A model generated the notes under the pieces. That model was given only the letters and a program-made list of their open reading frames with translations, was not told the DNA's origin and made no database searches. A stretch of DNA of 64,000 nt, taken from positions 23,174,225 to 23,238,224 of the forward strand of contig CM120640.1 in assembly GCA_051362555.1 (NCBI GenBank). Direction: 5' to 3'. Positions 1 through 12,246 of this stretch are shown piece by piece; the stretch's first letter is position 1, and every line of letters starts with the position of its first letter. The stretch comes from Lingula anatina. Lineage: Eukaryota; Animalia; Brachiopoda. The translations under genes were made by a program, and so were the position numbers.

Positions 1-461
1 GTGCTATCGTGTGTAATGACACTCACTTTATTTGTCCCACGATTGATGGAAAAAATTAAAGTGATAATAACTCTTCGTTTCAGCCAAAAAATGAATTTTC
101 CTGGAGTAAACAACAATTTTCCCATACTTACCAATGGTTAATGAATCCATTTTTACATTCAAAGTTAGTCCCTGGTTTTTTTCTAAAAAGTTTGTTTTTT
201 TTGTTAAAATCTCTTAAGAGATTTTAACAGAGTATAGCCATCAATGGAGGTCATGTGGTCTAAAGACAAGCTCAGATATCAGAATAATAGCTATAACAGC
301 CGTTTTTGTGGGAAAACAGTATATATTATATTTTTATGAGTCACTCACAATGTTTTTATTGTGAAATACAGATTTCATACGAAGAGTTATTATCCCTTTA
401 ATGATACTGGGTCGCTTTCTTGTCAATTCTTTCAAAAAGGAAAAAAAGGAAACGGGCTTAC

Positions 462-2368
462 CCTTGCAGGTGCGACCTTCTATCTCGGACTTAAAACTGC
501 TAAAGTCTGTGAAATCAGTCAAGTCAAAAACATATTTTGAGTCTGGATTAGATGCAATGCTCTGAAGCTCGCTATAATCAATACCGCTTGTAACTCCTAC
601 GGCAAACACGATGATGTCATTCTCGTGTACACGTTCGGCATACTGAATAGTGAGCGATTCGTCGTTGGATTGGCCGTCTGTGATGACTATACCTATCTGT
701 GGAGTTCCCGTCACGTTCTGGCGTCCCGAACTTTTCATAACGTTGACAAGAGATGAAAGTCCCAAATGTGTTGCTGTACCGCCGCCTATGTAGTTAACAT
801 TACCAATACGTGGAATAACTGTTGCGTTGCTGGTGTAGTCGTTGAGATCGAACTCGATTATCGCCGCGTTGCTGTACTTAATCAAACCAACACGGATCTT
901 GTCCAAACCCACTTCCATTGAGTTCACGACATTCTGGACAAAAGTGAGCATCTGTTGAAAGTTACTGGCACCTACGCTGCCAGAGGAGTCCAGCACAAAT
1001 ACCAGATCAGCGCGTAGAATGTCGCACTCTAAAATGAAAATAATAATAGCAAATATACATACATATTGATAAAGAAAGAAGAATCGTTAACATCTCACTG
1101 AATTCCAAATCTGTTAGATCCAGAGGTATATGTTAGAACTTTATATGGCAAATAAATAAATAAATTTCCTTTTATATATATATATGAGTGAAATCACTAG
1201 TCTCAATCTCCATATCGAGAGGGACTAAAATTCAAACAAAGTAAATAACAAGCTATCCCTATCATCAACAGAAAGTACTCCAATTGACGGATTTCAATAC
1301 ACTTCATTTTCAATTTTTCGTTCCCAACCCATAACAAATAATGTAAAAACTCATTCCTTAGGTTCATTTTTGAATTTCGATTTACTGTCTTCTGCCTTTA
1401 ACAGCCTGCTTGCATAATTTTCTTTTCGTTTAACAGTGTATGACTTACTTGATTGTTTCTCTAATTCTGTAACGTCGTCTATAAATTTCTGTTCTGTCCC
1501 CGCTCCACTGTTGCTGTTATAATACCTTTTCCAGTACGTTGCCTGGCCACTAATGTCGCGGGGGATAACTTGGTTTATGTTGGAAAGGAACAATCTTGCA
1601 GCGAGACCAGAATACAGCGGCTTCTGGAGGTCCGACCATGAGACCGTTGTCCAGTCGATGTTAAATTTTGTCCTTATCGCTTCAAATTTTGATGTTAGAC
1701 CCGGGTGGCTAGATGTGTCCTGTGTCGATTCGAAGCCGATTCTATCAACCTGAAAATGAAGATGAATTTACATCCACCGTCAGTGTGCAAGATATCCAGG
1801 GAATTGCAAGCCGTTTTATTAACATGAAAATTGCAAAATAACTGTACTTTCGTTACAGATTGGAAAATTGAATTTCATCAATATGAAAATGAACACCAAT
1901 TATAAATATTTCTGACAAAAGGCTTCATCAGTATTATTCAATAACGATTGCTATTTGTCAACCAGACCAAGTAAGGGATGTACTCTATCAGTCAGAGAGG
2001 AAAGTGGTTAGGAAATATAAAAATAATAGTGAGGAACACCTTTTGCCGAAACTTTTAAAATTGGTTTTCGATTTCATAAAAATAAACTTATTACTTCCCG
2101 TAGATAAACTTTTTTTCACTTCATTTTATTTAAGGTTACATTAAGCAAATTCTCACCTGCCAAATACCCCCAAAATAATTGTCCCGGTACGTATTTGAGT
2201 CAGTCCCATCTTTGGACTCCACATAAGCAATTCTCCTCAGAAATAATTTGTCATCGGGGAATATGCCAGAACTTTGAATGCGGTCCACTACCGCCTCCAC
2301 TACGGCCGTACCAGACGCCTTTGCTTCTACTGTGCGATCCACAGCACACATAATGTTCCTAACGGCAA
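462..2368 (-). CDS. Lysozyme-like N-terminal domain + von Willebrand factor A (VWA) domain protein (matrilin/collagen VI/XII-like VWA); partial, continues beyond the window start, first exon not identified
   Basis: Three in-frame exons with GT-AG ends: 2368-2157 (..AVDRTVEAKASGTAVVEAVVDRIQSSGIFPDDKLFLRRIAYVESKDG..GGIWQ), 1749-1449 (VDRIGFESTQD..DLQKPLYSGLAARLFLS..IPRDISGQATYWKRYYNS..GAGTEQKF) and 1028-462. The last is a phase 1-1 VWA exon: ADLVFVLDSSGSVG (MIDAS DxSxS), GGGTATH, IVITDGQS, VFAVGV, IAS. Confidence 0.9.
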
Positions 2369-3248
2369 CTTGGAAAACGAAAAAAGAAATAATACTTTTC
2401 ACTACAAAAAACGCCATGTTTTCACACAGGTTGCAATTCCACAAGAAGCCCAGTGTCAGTCTCAAGCTGATTACACGTTTATTTTCCTTAATGCGCCACT
2501 GATCTCCCCTTTTTATAACCTGCCACGAGTCTAAATTTCTTTATGTCAATAACAAGGTGTGTCGTTTATCAATATATATGCGCATGCGAAATAGCACGGA
2601 GTTTTTTCATTGCTTCGTAGAACCGCATTCACCTGGATGTTATTTCAATCGGATATGAAAAATAGTCCCCGGTTAATATCGACCATGGGGGTGGAGTTGG
2701 CATCTGAAGGTCACATAGATTCTTGGAAGGACTATTTTTAAACCTGGTGTGCAATAGCGATGATGGGTATTACGGATTTTACCAACTTCCTTTATCATAT
2801 TATAGATATGTCAGCGACCAAGACAGATAGCCTGTTACTATAATATTTATTTTCATAACCACTTAGTGATAGGAACACATAGGGGTGTATTCTCTTATCA
2901 CAAGGGTGGCTAGTAGTGTTTTATTATAGAATTCGTCTATACCAAAGCCTGGATTACATTTAAAATGCGATACCCGTACGGTGCATGTAAACTGTCCCTT
3001 TTCGTACGGCGTCTGAGCGGAGGTAGACGGTGGCCGTGCGAAATCGAAAGGATTAAGGCCATGTAATGTAGACATTAATACTAGTACTCGGCGTAGCCCG
3101 TAGCTCCTTACGCGATTTCAGAGGATAAGGAGCACATACATGAAATTATCAGGTTCAGTTTTATTTGTGTGTATGTGATGGCTCGAAAGATTTATGTACG
3201 GACTTTGGCTGTTAGTATACTTTCTTTATCAAAGATCATGCAGGGTCG

Positions 3249-6200
3249 AGATAAGATTTTTTTATCAATTTACAGTATCTACCCCCCCCAAAGAAATATA
3301 ATTTACTAACCTTGAATTCTTGATCCAAAAAGAAGTCAATGTGCGCGTGGAGTCGCTCATCATCTTATGTCCTGTAAAAAGAAATAAAAAAACAAGATGA
3401 TATGTTTTTCTATTTACCTTTCCTCCCACCCCCCAAAATATTAAAATTTACTAACCTTAACTTGTATCCACGAGTGAATTCTATGTCTGGTTCAATTTAC
3501 CAATCCCCCTGCCAAAAAAAAAAAATCAAATTTACCAACTTTGAATTCTTGGTACAAAAAGTAGTCAATGTCCGTGTGGAGTCGCTCATCATCTTCTGTC
3601 CTGTAAAAAGAAATAAAAAGTGATTAGATTTTTTTTCAATTTACACCCCCCCTCCCCCAAAAAAATATTTACTAACCTTAGCTTGTATCTAAGACTGAAG
3701 TCAATGTCCGGTTGGAGAAGCTCTTCATCTTCTTTGTCCTGTAATAAGAAATATGCAGCAAGATTAGTTTTTTCAATTTACTAATCCTCGTCCCCAAATA
3801 AATAAAATTTACTAACCTTGAATTATTGATCCAAAAAGTAGTCAATGTCTGTGTGGAGTCCCACATCATCTTCTGTCCTGTAAAAAGAAAGAAGGAGATT
3901 AGATTTTTTCAATTCCCCCCCCCCCCCAAAGAAAAAAAAACTTTACTAACCTTATTTTGTGTGGACGAGTGAAGTTAATGTCAGGGTGGAGTTCCTCATC
4001 TTTTTTTTTTTTTGTTCTGTAAAAAGAAATATGAAACAAGATAAGATTTTTTTCAGTTAACCAATCCCCCTGCAAAAAATCAAATTTACTTACCTTGAAT
4101 TCTTGATCCAAAAAGTAGTCAATGTCCATGTGCAATCCTCATCATCTTCTGTCCTGTAAAAAGAAATAAAAAGGAGATTAGATTTTTTTTTCAATTTACA
4201 GCCCCCCCCCCCACCACCCAAAGAAAATAAACTTTACTAACCCTAACTTGTATCGACGTGTAAAGTCTTTGTCCGGATGGAGTCGCTCATCATCTTCTTT
4301 GTTCTGTAAAAATAAATGAGAAGTTGATTAGATTTTTTCAATTTACCAATTCCCCTCCCAAAAAAATTATTTTACTTACCTTAATTTGTATCGACAAGTG
4401 AAGTCTTTGTGCGGATGGAGTCGCTCATCATCTTCTTTGTCCTGTAAAAAGAAATAAAAAATAAGATAAGATTTTTTTCAGGCTACCTATTCCCCTCTTA
4501 ATAAATTTACTAATCTTGAATTCTTGATCCAAAAAGTAGTCAATGTCTGTGTAGAGTCCAACATCATCTTCTGTCCTGTAAAAAGAAATAGAAACGAGAT
4601 AAGATTTTTTAAAATTTACAACCCGCCCCCATCCCCCCAAAGAAAATAAACTTGACTAACCTTAACGTGTATCAACGAGTGAAGTCTTTGTCCGGGTGGA
4701 GTCGCTCATCATCTTCTTTGGTCTGTAAAAAAAGATATGAAACAAGATTAGATTTTTTTCAGTTAACCAATCTCCCCCCCCCCCCCAAAAAAAATATAAT
4801 TTACTAACCTTGAATTCTTGATCCAAAAAGTGGTCAATGTCTTTGCAGAGTCGCTCATCATCTTCTGTCCTGTAAAAAGAAATAAAAGGAGATTAGATGT
4901 TTTTTTCTATTTACAACCCCCCTTCCAAATTAAAAAAAAGTTTACTAACCTTATCTTGTATCGACGAGTGAAGTCAATGTGCGAGTGGAGTCGCTCATCA
5001 TCTTCTTTGTCCTGTAAAAAGAAATTAAAAACAAGATTAGATCTTTTCATTTTACCTCTTCTCCCCCTCCTCCCCCCCCCCAAAAAAAATAAAATAAAAT
5101 AAATAAATAAAATTTACTAACCTTGGATTTTTGATCCGAAGTCAATGTCTGTGTGGAGTCCCTCATTATCTTTTGTCCTGTAGAAAGAAAAATATAATTT
5201 ACTAACCTTGAATTCTTGATCCAAAAAGTGGTCAATGTCTTTGCAGAGTCGCTCATCATCTTCTGTCCTGTAAAAAGAAATAAAAGGAGATTAGATGTTT
5301 TTTTCTATTTACAACCCCCCTTCCAAATTAAAAAAAAGTTTACTAACCTTATCTTGTATCGACGAGTGAAGTCAATGTGCGAGTGGAGTCGCTCATCATC
5401 TTCTTTGTCCTGTAAAAAGAAATTAAAAACAAGATTAGATCTTTTCATTTTACCTCTTCTCCCCCTCCTCCCCCCCCCCAAAAAAAATAAAATAAAATAA
5501 ATAAATAAAATTTACTAACCTTGGATTTTTGATCCGAAGTCAATGTCTGTGTGGAGTCCCTCATTATCTTTTGTCCTGTAGAAAGAAATGTTTTTTTTTT
5601 TCAATTTACACCCGCCCCCTCAAAAAAAAATAATAAAATAAAATTTACTAACCTTAACTTGTATCAACGAGTGAGGTCTTTGTCCAAAAAGTAGTCAATG
5701 TCTGTGTAGAGTCCCACATCATCTTCTGTCCTGTAAAAAGAAATAGAAACGAGATAAGATTTTTTTAAATTTACAACTCGCCCCGATCCCCCCAAAGAAA
5801 ATAAACTTGACTAACCTTAACTTGTATCAACGAGTGAAGTCTTTGTCCGGTTGGAGTCGCTCATCATCTTCTTTGTCCTGTAAAAAGAAATAAAAAGGAG
5901 TTTAGATTTTTCAATTTACCTTTTCCCCTCCTAAAAAATATAATTTACTAACCTTAACTTGTATCGACGAGTGGAGTCCATGTCTGGGTGGGGTCGCTCA
6001 TAATCTTTGTCCTGTAAAAAGAAATGAAAACCAAGATTAGATTTTTTCATTTTACCTATTCCCTTCCACCCCCCCCCCCCCCCCCCCCCCAAAAAAAAAG
6101 AAAAACTTTACTAACCTTAACTTGTATTAACGAGTGAAGTCAATGTCCTGGTGGAGTTGCTCATCATCTTCTTTGTCCTGTAAAAAGAAAAAAAAACAAG

Positions 6201-6390
6201 ATCAGATTTTTGCAATTAACCTATCCTCCCCCCCCCCAAAAAAAAATTTTTTTTTTACTAACCTTAATTTGTATCCACGAGTGAAGTCAATGTCCGGGTG
6301 GAGTTGCTCATCATTTTCTTTGCCCTCTAAAAAGAAATAAAAAGGAGATTAGATTTTTTTTCAATTTACAACCCCCCCCCCCCCCCCGCA
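3249..6390. repeat. Complex tandem array of ~22 units of ~130-150 bp, with two unit types (A/B) that mostly alternate; each unit has exon-intron architecture on the minus strand
   Basis: Recurring + strand core tttactaacctt(gaattcttgatccaaaaagta|aacttgtatcgacgagtgaa)gtcaatgtc..ggagtcgctcatcatcttct(tt)gtcctgtaaaaagaaat..gattagattttttcaattta, then poly-C and poly-A. Includes a near-exact 398-bp duplication (~4791-5188 vs ~5189-5586). Confidence 0.95.
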
Positions 6391-7119
6391 CCTTAACCAC
6401 CTTAACATATCTAATAAATAAGACTGTTAACAATAACAACAGACGCAGGTGACGGTTATATGCACAGACACATCTGTGTCTGTACATAAAAACAAAAAAG
6501 GGAAAAACACTCACTCACACTTGAGAGAAAATGCACATCAGCCTTAGATGAGAAACACGACAACCAAACAAGCGTGACGTAAATAGGGCATATGAAGGTT
6601 TTGGTTCTAGCCTCAAAGGGCATTCAACTTTCAAAAACGACCTAGAAACATGGGGTTAGAGGAATATGACAGAAATGAAAAGAGAGTATGACATGGTGGT
6701 ACTAACCCATCTCCAGCTTGGATTTCAGTCCATTTACGATTAATTTTTTCTTCAGCGCTTATTCGACGTCTAAGAGCTGAGTGTTATTTGTACATGTACA
6801 TTTCCCAGAGCGACGAGTTCGCGTGGATTGAAGGGTCAAATTCAGAGAAGCACACCATGAGGAAAAGACGAAACATTCGATGTTTTGTGCTAGTAAAGAA
6901 ACTATCCTCAGGTTCGATGCATTGGCGTAGGATCACGTGAGATTTGAAGGCGGTTGCCCGAAGAAAATCTCTCTCACTTCTCGTCCTTTGTACTCCTCTG
7001 GAGTGAAACGCAACATGTTCGCAACTGCTTCACAATTGCCCGCTCTTAGACTTCCAATCTTAGATTGTCGGCTGGGGGCGTTGCTGTGGTCACCATCTTG
7101 TCAGTTTGAACTCGGGGGT

Positions 7120-7157
7120 GTCGTGTGAGAGTGAGACCCAAATTGCATTTTATATAC
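7120..7157 (-). promoter_or_regulatory. Candidate TATA-box core promoter pointing toward the repeat array and the VWA gene
   Basis: The minus strand reads gTATATAAAAtg at 7156-7148, with Inr-like TCACTC/TCACAC about 25-30 nt downstream. Motif only; no transcript data. Confidence 0.35.
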
Positions 7158-8198
7158 ACCTACGTTTGAAATGCATTCAGCGTTTCATACCTAAACTTTT
7201 TTGTTGAAACAGAAAAAACGCGCATTTACCTCGGAGGGAAGAATCAATGTTAGGCTATAATAGTTTTTGGAGGGAAACCACGCATGCCTCTCCCCCAATT
7301 ATGATTGACAGTATTCTTGCATCTTGTTGACATGATATCAACCTGAAGTTTACTAACCTGCCCCAGGCCATCATTGGACGACCTTGTCCGCTTACACTGG
7401 AACACTTATTCACAATATACACTGATCCACAATGCACTTTGAAGAAACTTTCATTTCATTTTTTGTTTCACAGATGATGATAATAAAGATAAAGTGATAA
7501 TTCATTTTGCTATAAACATTTATGTGGAGTTGTCCAGTATTTTTGTAGCATAATTAATTTTGCAAGGAGAAAGGATAACGAAAATTATTATATACTTGGT
7601 GTGATTTAATGTTTTAGTTACTTTTTACATTTGCTCAAATATTTTAACTACTTCTTATGTTTGCTTGAAAGAAGATGGCATACAGGGCTCCATAGTTCCC
7701 CTTTTCACTGTTCAGAACTGGCATGGTTTAAAAAACTTTCGTGTGTGTGTGTGTGTGTGTGGTGTGGGGGTGGAGGTAGGGAGCAAGAAAACAAGGCGGG
7801 GACATCGTGGGATATGGTGGCCAGGCTATGGATAGACGGCAGAGAGTTACAGGTGGTGCCCCCCTCTGAAAATGGAGGTAAGGCCAATGATCTGAGAAAT
7901 TAAGTATTCGACGTAAGGAAGTAACAGTTGATGTAACATGTACCGTTAATTACTTTTCGATTTCAATGGTGTGATGTGCGTAGAATTAGATTGTTTTTCT
8001 ACTTAAAGATGAAGCCTATTTAGTAATGTCAATCTATGGCAAATAACAGGGGATGGTGAAAATTGAGTAATTGAAGGTATGATCATTCCCCTATTTCTAC
8101 CCTTTACCCTTAATAGACAAAAAACTATGAAAACAAATATTTTAGTCGATATATATTTGTATCCTTATTAAAGATAAATTTCCTAAATTGATGGGTTT

Positions 8199-8483
8199 CA
8201 GGGGCGGATCTGGGATTATTTGAAGAGGTCCGGAACGACAGGCCTCAAACGCGAAGTCAACCATCGCCCCCTTGGCGTGGGGTTCGGGGCCTGTTCAAGG
8301 GCCCTGAAAATTTTTTGGTGTTTTGGAGTGCAAACGGTGCCCTTTGGTATGGTTTAGAACTATGATTCAGCTAGTCAAAATTTTTATTTCAAAAGGGGAA
8401 TATTGGTGTGATATTTTTTTCAGAAACCGAAGTGTGGGGGTCAGGACCCCCTTGCCCCCCCCCCCCTTCTAAATCCGCCACTG
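8199..8483. mobile_element. MITE (non-autonomous DNA transposon) with CAG(G/T)GGCGGAT termini
   Basis: caggggcggat at 8199-8209 and atccgccactg at 8473-8483 form a 10/11 inverted match. Interior is GC-rich with G/C runs. No clear TSD. Confidence 0.7.
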
Positions 8484-11063
8484 TCATGCGTCCTGCCGCT
8501 ACATGTATCCTGGCGATGTTACATAAACTGAATTTTTTTTTGCACAACATCACTATGTGGTGTGGTATAAATCATGGCTTTCTTGTTGCCAGCTTTTAGC
8601 ATCTATTTGTCTACTTTCAGAATAATCATTTTAAAAAAAGCTGCATGAAATAGCTAAATTTTGGAAAGGAATGTTATAGGAACATGAATGAAGTAGGTAT
8701 AGGGTGGCGAGGGATGTAACACGGAGGATGGGACTCGGCAACTTAGAACATTGCAGCATACTCAAGATGATATTTGCAAGAGTTATGTGAAAGCAGTGAT
8801 AATTCTAAACCATTGTTTAATGTTTTTTATCCCTGTTTTAGGCCTGGATTCACAGGAGCATGTGTAAAAAATGAGCATGTGTTGGGAAATGATGCAAAAT
8901 TTTCATGGTGGTACTATATTTGTTCAAACAATTGCTAAAATTTCACATGAAATCTTATATTTTGGTAAAGATTTAAGGAACATTGTACTAGTCTTACAAA
9001 GTAGATATTTCTAGTTTGAAGTGGATTTTTCTAAGGAAACCAACACGGCAGTTAAATTTACTCTGTGTGTCATAAATTAGACCAGTTCAGACGCATGACC
9101 CAAAGTAATCCTCACTCTTGGGAGACTACAGACATGGGGACAACTTTGGAGAAACTCCAGAGGACCTGCACTACAAGAAATATGCGGATCCTTCCAATTC
9201 TGTGCTGGCTCGAATGAAGTATTTTATTTCTGCTAGTCTTATGTTTATGTGGGATTAACAATTATGTATTGAATTTCCACTTAAACTTGACCATCCAGAG
9301 GACCTGCGGGAAAAAAAGGCACGACCTGTCGTACAGGCAGTTTCCTGATGTCTGAGACAAAGTAGATAAAATTAATGATGAAATGACAAGTTGCTATTTC
9401 AGTCAAAGTATTTGAACTTCACGAGACAAAACAAACACGGGTAAGAAGAGCCATCGATTCGCCGATAAAATGAAAGGTCTCTGCAGGATTTTGGCATCAA
9501 AAGATTAAACGAGTTCTTGGTGACGTTTTTTTTTCTATCACTCACTATTACTTCTTATTATACGTCTTTTAGAATTGCTTCGCGTCAGGGTCCCATTTCC
9601 TCTCAGGACTGTCCACTACTTGTTTATTATAGTTTCAAATTCAAAAATTCCACATGAAAATTTCATTTGCCAAATTTGTCTCCATTTGGCAGAAATCGAG
9701 TGAATGGTTACGTATGCAAAGGATGTTTGGACATACTACAATCTGTTATATTAATCACATTTGAAGTACTTTATTGTACTACAAGTGAAAAATACAAAAA
9801 AATAAAATAACTAAATATAAGTCAAAATAACTTTACAAAAATATAATTCTACGGGTTGACATGATAAAGAAGTGCAGAACCTTGGCAAACTGAAGATATG
9901 TAGGGAAGTGATTTTGGCCAAGATTTGATAAATGGAAAAAAATTAAATCTTACAAAAAAATACAGAATAAATGTTTTTAAAAATATGTTTAACTTCCATT
10001 AATTCATGTGGGGTTATTTATACAGAGCACACATATTTTTGAAAATGTATCTTAGAACAGAATTTGTATCCTAGGCATGCAAAAATATTTAATTTAAGAA
10101 GATTACAATTTTTCTATGACTGCCATTTTTTAATCAAGATATATTGTGATCAATGAATGAATTTTTTTCATTGCCCCAAAGCAAGATTCTTACACCACCA
10201 TGCTGCTGTGAGTTGGACTAAATGGGAGATTATTTGAAGATTAAAAAAAAAATCTTTCAACTCAAAATGCTTCTCTCTTAAAACAAAAATCATGGCATAT
10301 AAATACCTTGGCCAAGAAATATTCTGGTGCTTAAGCCCATGCAATATATTAACTTACTAATACTGTCAATCAAAAAGAAAAAAAAAAGAATTGGATAGGT
10401 TTAAACAAAACACAGTGCATCTCATCAAATGAGCTCTAAGAATGTAATCATCTATCAAACCATTTTGTGTAGCAATCTCTTAGATTTCGATTATGCTAAA
10501 CTGTATTCAAATACAATTGTTTCAAATTTACTACTCTAGTTAGTGGCAGGATCACAAAACTGCTATGACCATAAATGGCATCCATGGACAGTTTTACATC
10601 AAGGAGCATTATGGTTTTCAATATATTTAAACATATTTTAAATAAATTATGTAATACAGTCTTGTAAAATTAATCTTCAAACACGGAGATACTTATATCA
10701 AGCTCATGAATTAAATAAGCTGAAGTCCCATAAAAGGGTTTGACACTGAAGTATTTGATAACAATTCTTGAAAACAAATTAAGAAATAAAATAAGAAGAC
10801 CCTGCTGCTACCTGATTCTTAATTTTGAGCAGATATATCACAAACACTTGACGTTAGCTAACTACAGGCACACCATGACACACACAGTGCTTCTAAATAC
10901 ATGAACATTTTACACACTATTTAAGCCAGATAATCACTAAGCCTCATGCACTCATGTAGTAAATACATCAAACTTTCTCTACTAATATACCAGTGACAAA
11001 CTAAACCTTTTTTCACCAGCAGTTCTTTCAGTGCAAGGGCATTACTTGATGCAAACTTTTATA

Positions 11064-12213
11064 CTATAAGCATTCTTCAGTCTCTGCATCTGTTTTAATG
11101 GCTGAAAAACTGAGATCTATTGGCAGGGAATCTCCTTCCTCCCAGAGTGTTTCCAGGGGTCCCATGTCAGCAAATATTTTGCTGAAACTTTGGTTGTTCA
11201 CCATCTGTAAACTGTTGTTGAAAATGTCAGGTTTGGGCTTAATGGGTGTCAACCCTGGTATTCCAATATCTCCCAGTGAACCAAAACCTGGAGATTTAGA
11301 CTCTAGGTAAGTGGAAGAAGAGATCTTCATGTTGTCACTGTGTTGTTGACGATGGGCTCCTCCTGGTGACAGTGGGGAAAAGATGGCACTGTCAAACAGG
11401 TTACTTGAGTTGCGAAGGGGGGTCAGTCCCTTTATAGGGGAAACAAGCTCTACATCAGGACACATCCCTTTGTAGGGGGTTGAGGTAGAAAGAGGGTCCC
11501 TGTGCTTTGGTGGGGTCTTCAGTAGATTCCTGATGGGGGATGTAAACTCATTCTCAAGGTTTTCAAAAATATTTTTCAAGGCGGAATCTGAAAGAGTATT
11601 GCAAGTCAAACCATCTGCCTCCTGACCTCCTAGGAATGAAGAGCTTTTGGTTCTAACCAGACGGCTCTTGGTCCTCCTTCGACGGCATTTCTTGTGTTTA
11701 GGTGAAATCTGCCATGGAGCAGACTTTGGCATCTCGCCAATACTGCAATCACTGCCAGATCTTCCTGAGGACATATCTATACCAGAGTCATACCTGCGAT
11801 TCATCTCCATGCTGATGTTATCCCCACAGCTGGCATTTAACCATGCCTGGGTAATGATGTTGTTTTCATCGTACACTTGGACATTTGGTGCTATTTTGAC
11901 ATGTTTGGTTCGTGGAGCCTGGCTCTCTAGGCTGCTATTTGGGCGCTTGCGATTGGATGGAGGACCCGGATCCACTTTGCTCCCTGTAAAGTAAACAAGT
12001 GGTTTCTAGCACTAAAAATCTAGAGTGACAGATAAAAGTTAGGATAAATATTATATTTCTTGCTACATTAAAAAATTAACAATAAAACTTATTACCAGTC
12101 ATTTGTTGGTTTATCATATATAAAATAATATTTCAGCTTGCAGGTAATTTCCCAACTTTTTCATCATTTTATTAAAAACCAAAAACCTTTTTCAAAGCAC
12201 AAGACTGAAGCAG

Positions 12214-12246
<33 letters not shown>

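Noticed and set aside
4818-5500. Duplicated 94-aa plus-strand ORFs as genes
   Set aside because: They are antisense read-through of the repeat units and run across homopolymer tracts.
3249-6390. CRISPR-like repeat-spacer array
   Set aside because: The context is eukaryotic. The inter-repeat segments are homologous homopolymer-rich sequence rather than unique spacers, and there are no cas genes.
8840-9480. Possible plus-strand exons with a repeated ccagaggacctgc motif
   Set aside because: The frames I checked are interrupted by stops and I recognise no domain; probably a decayed element.
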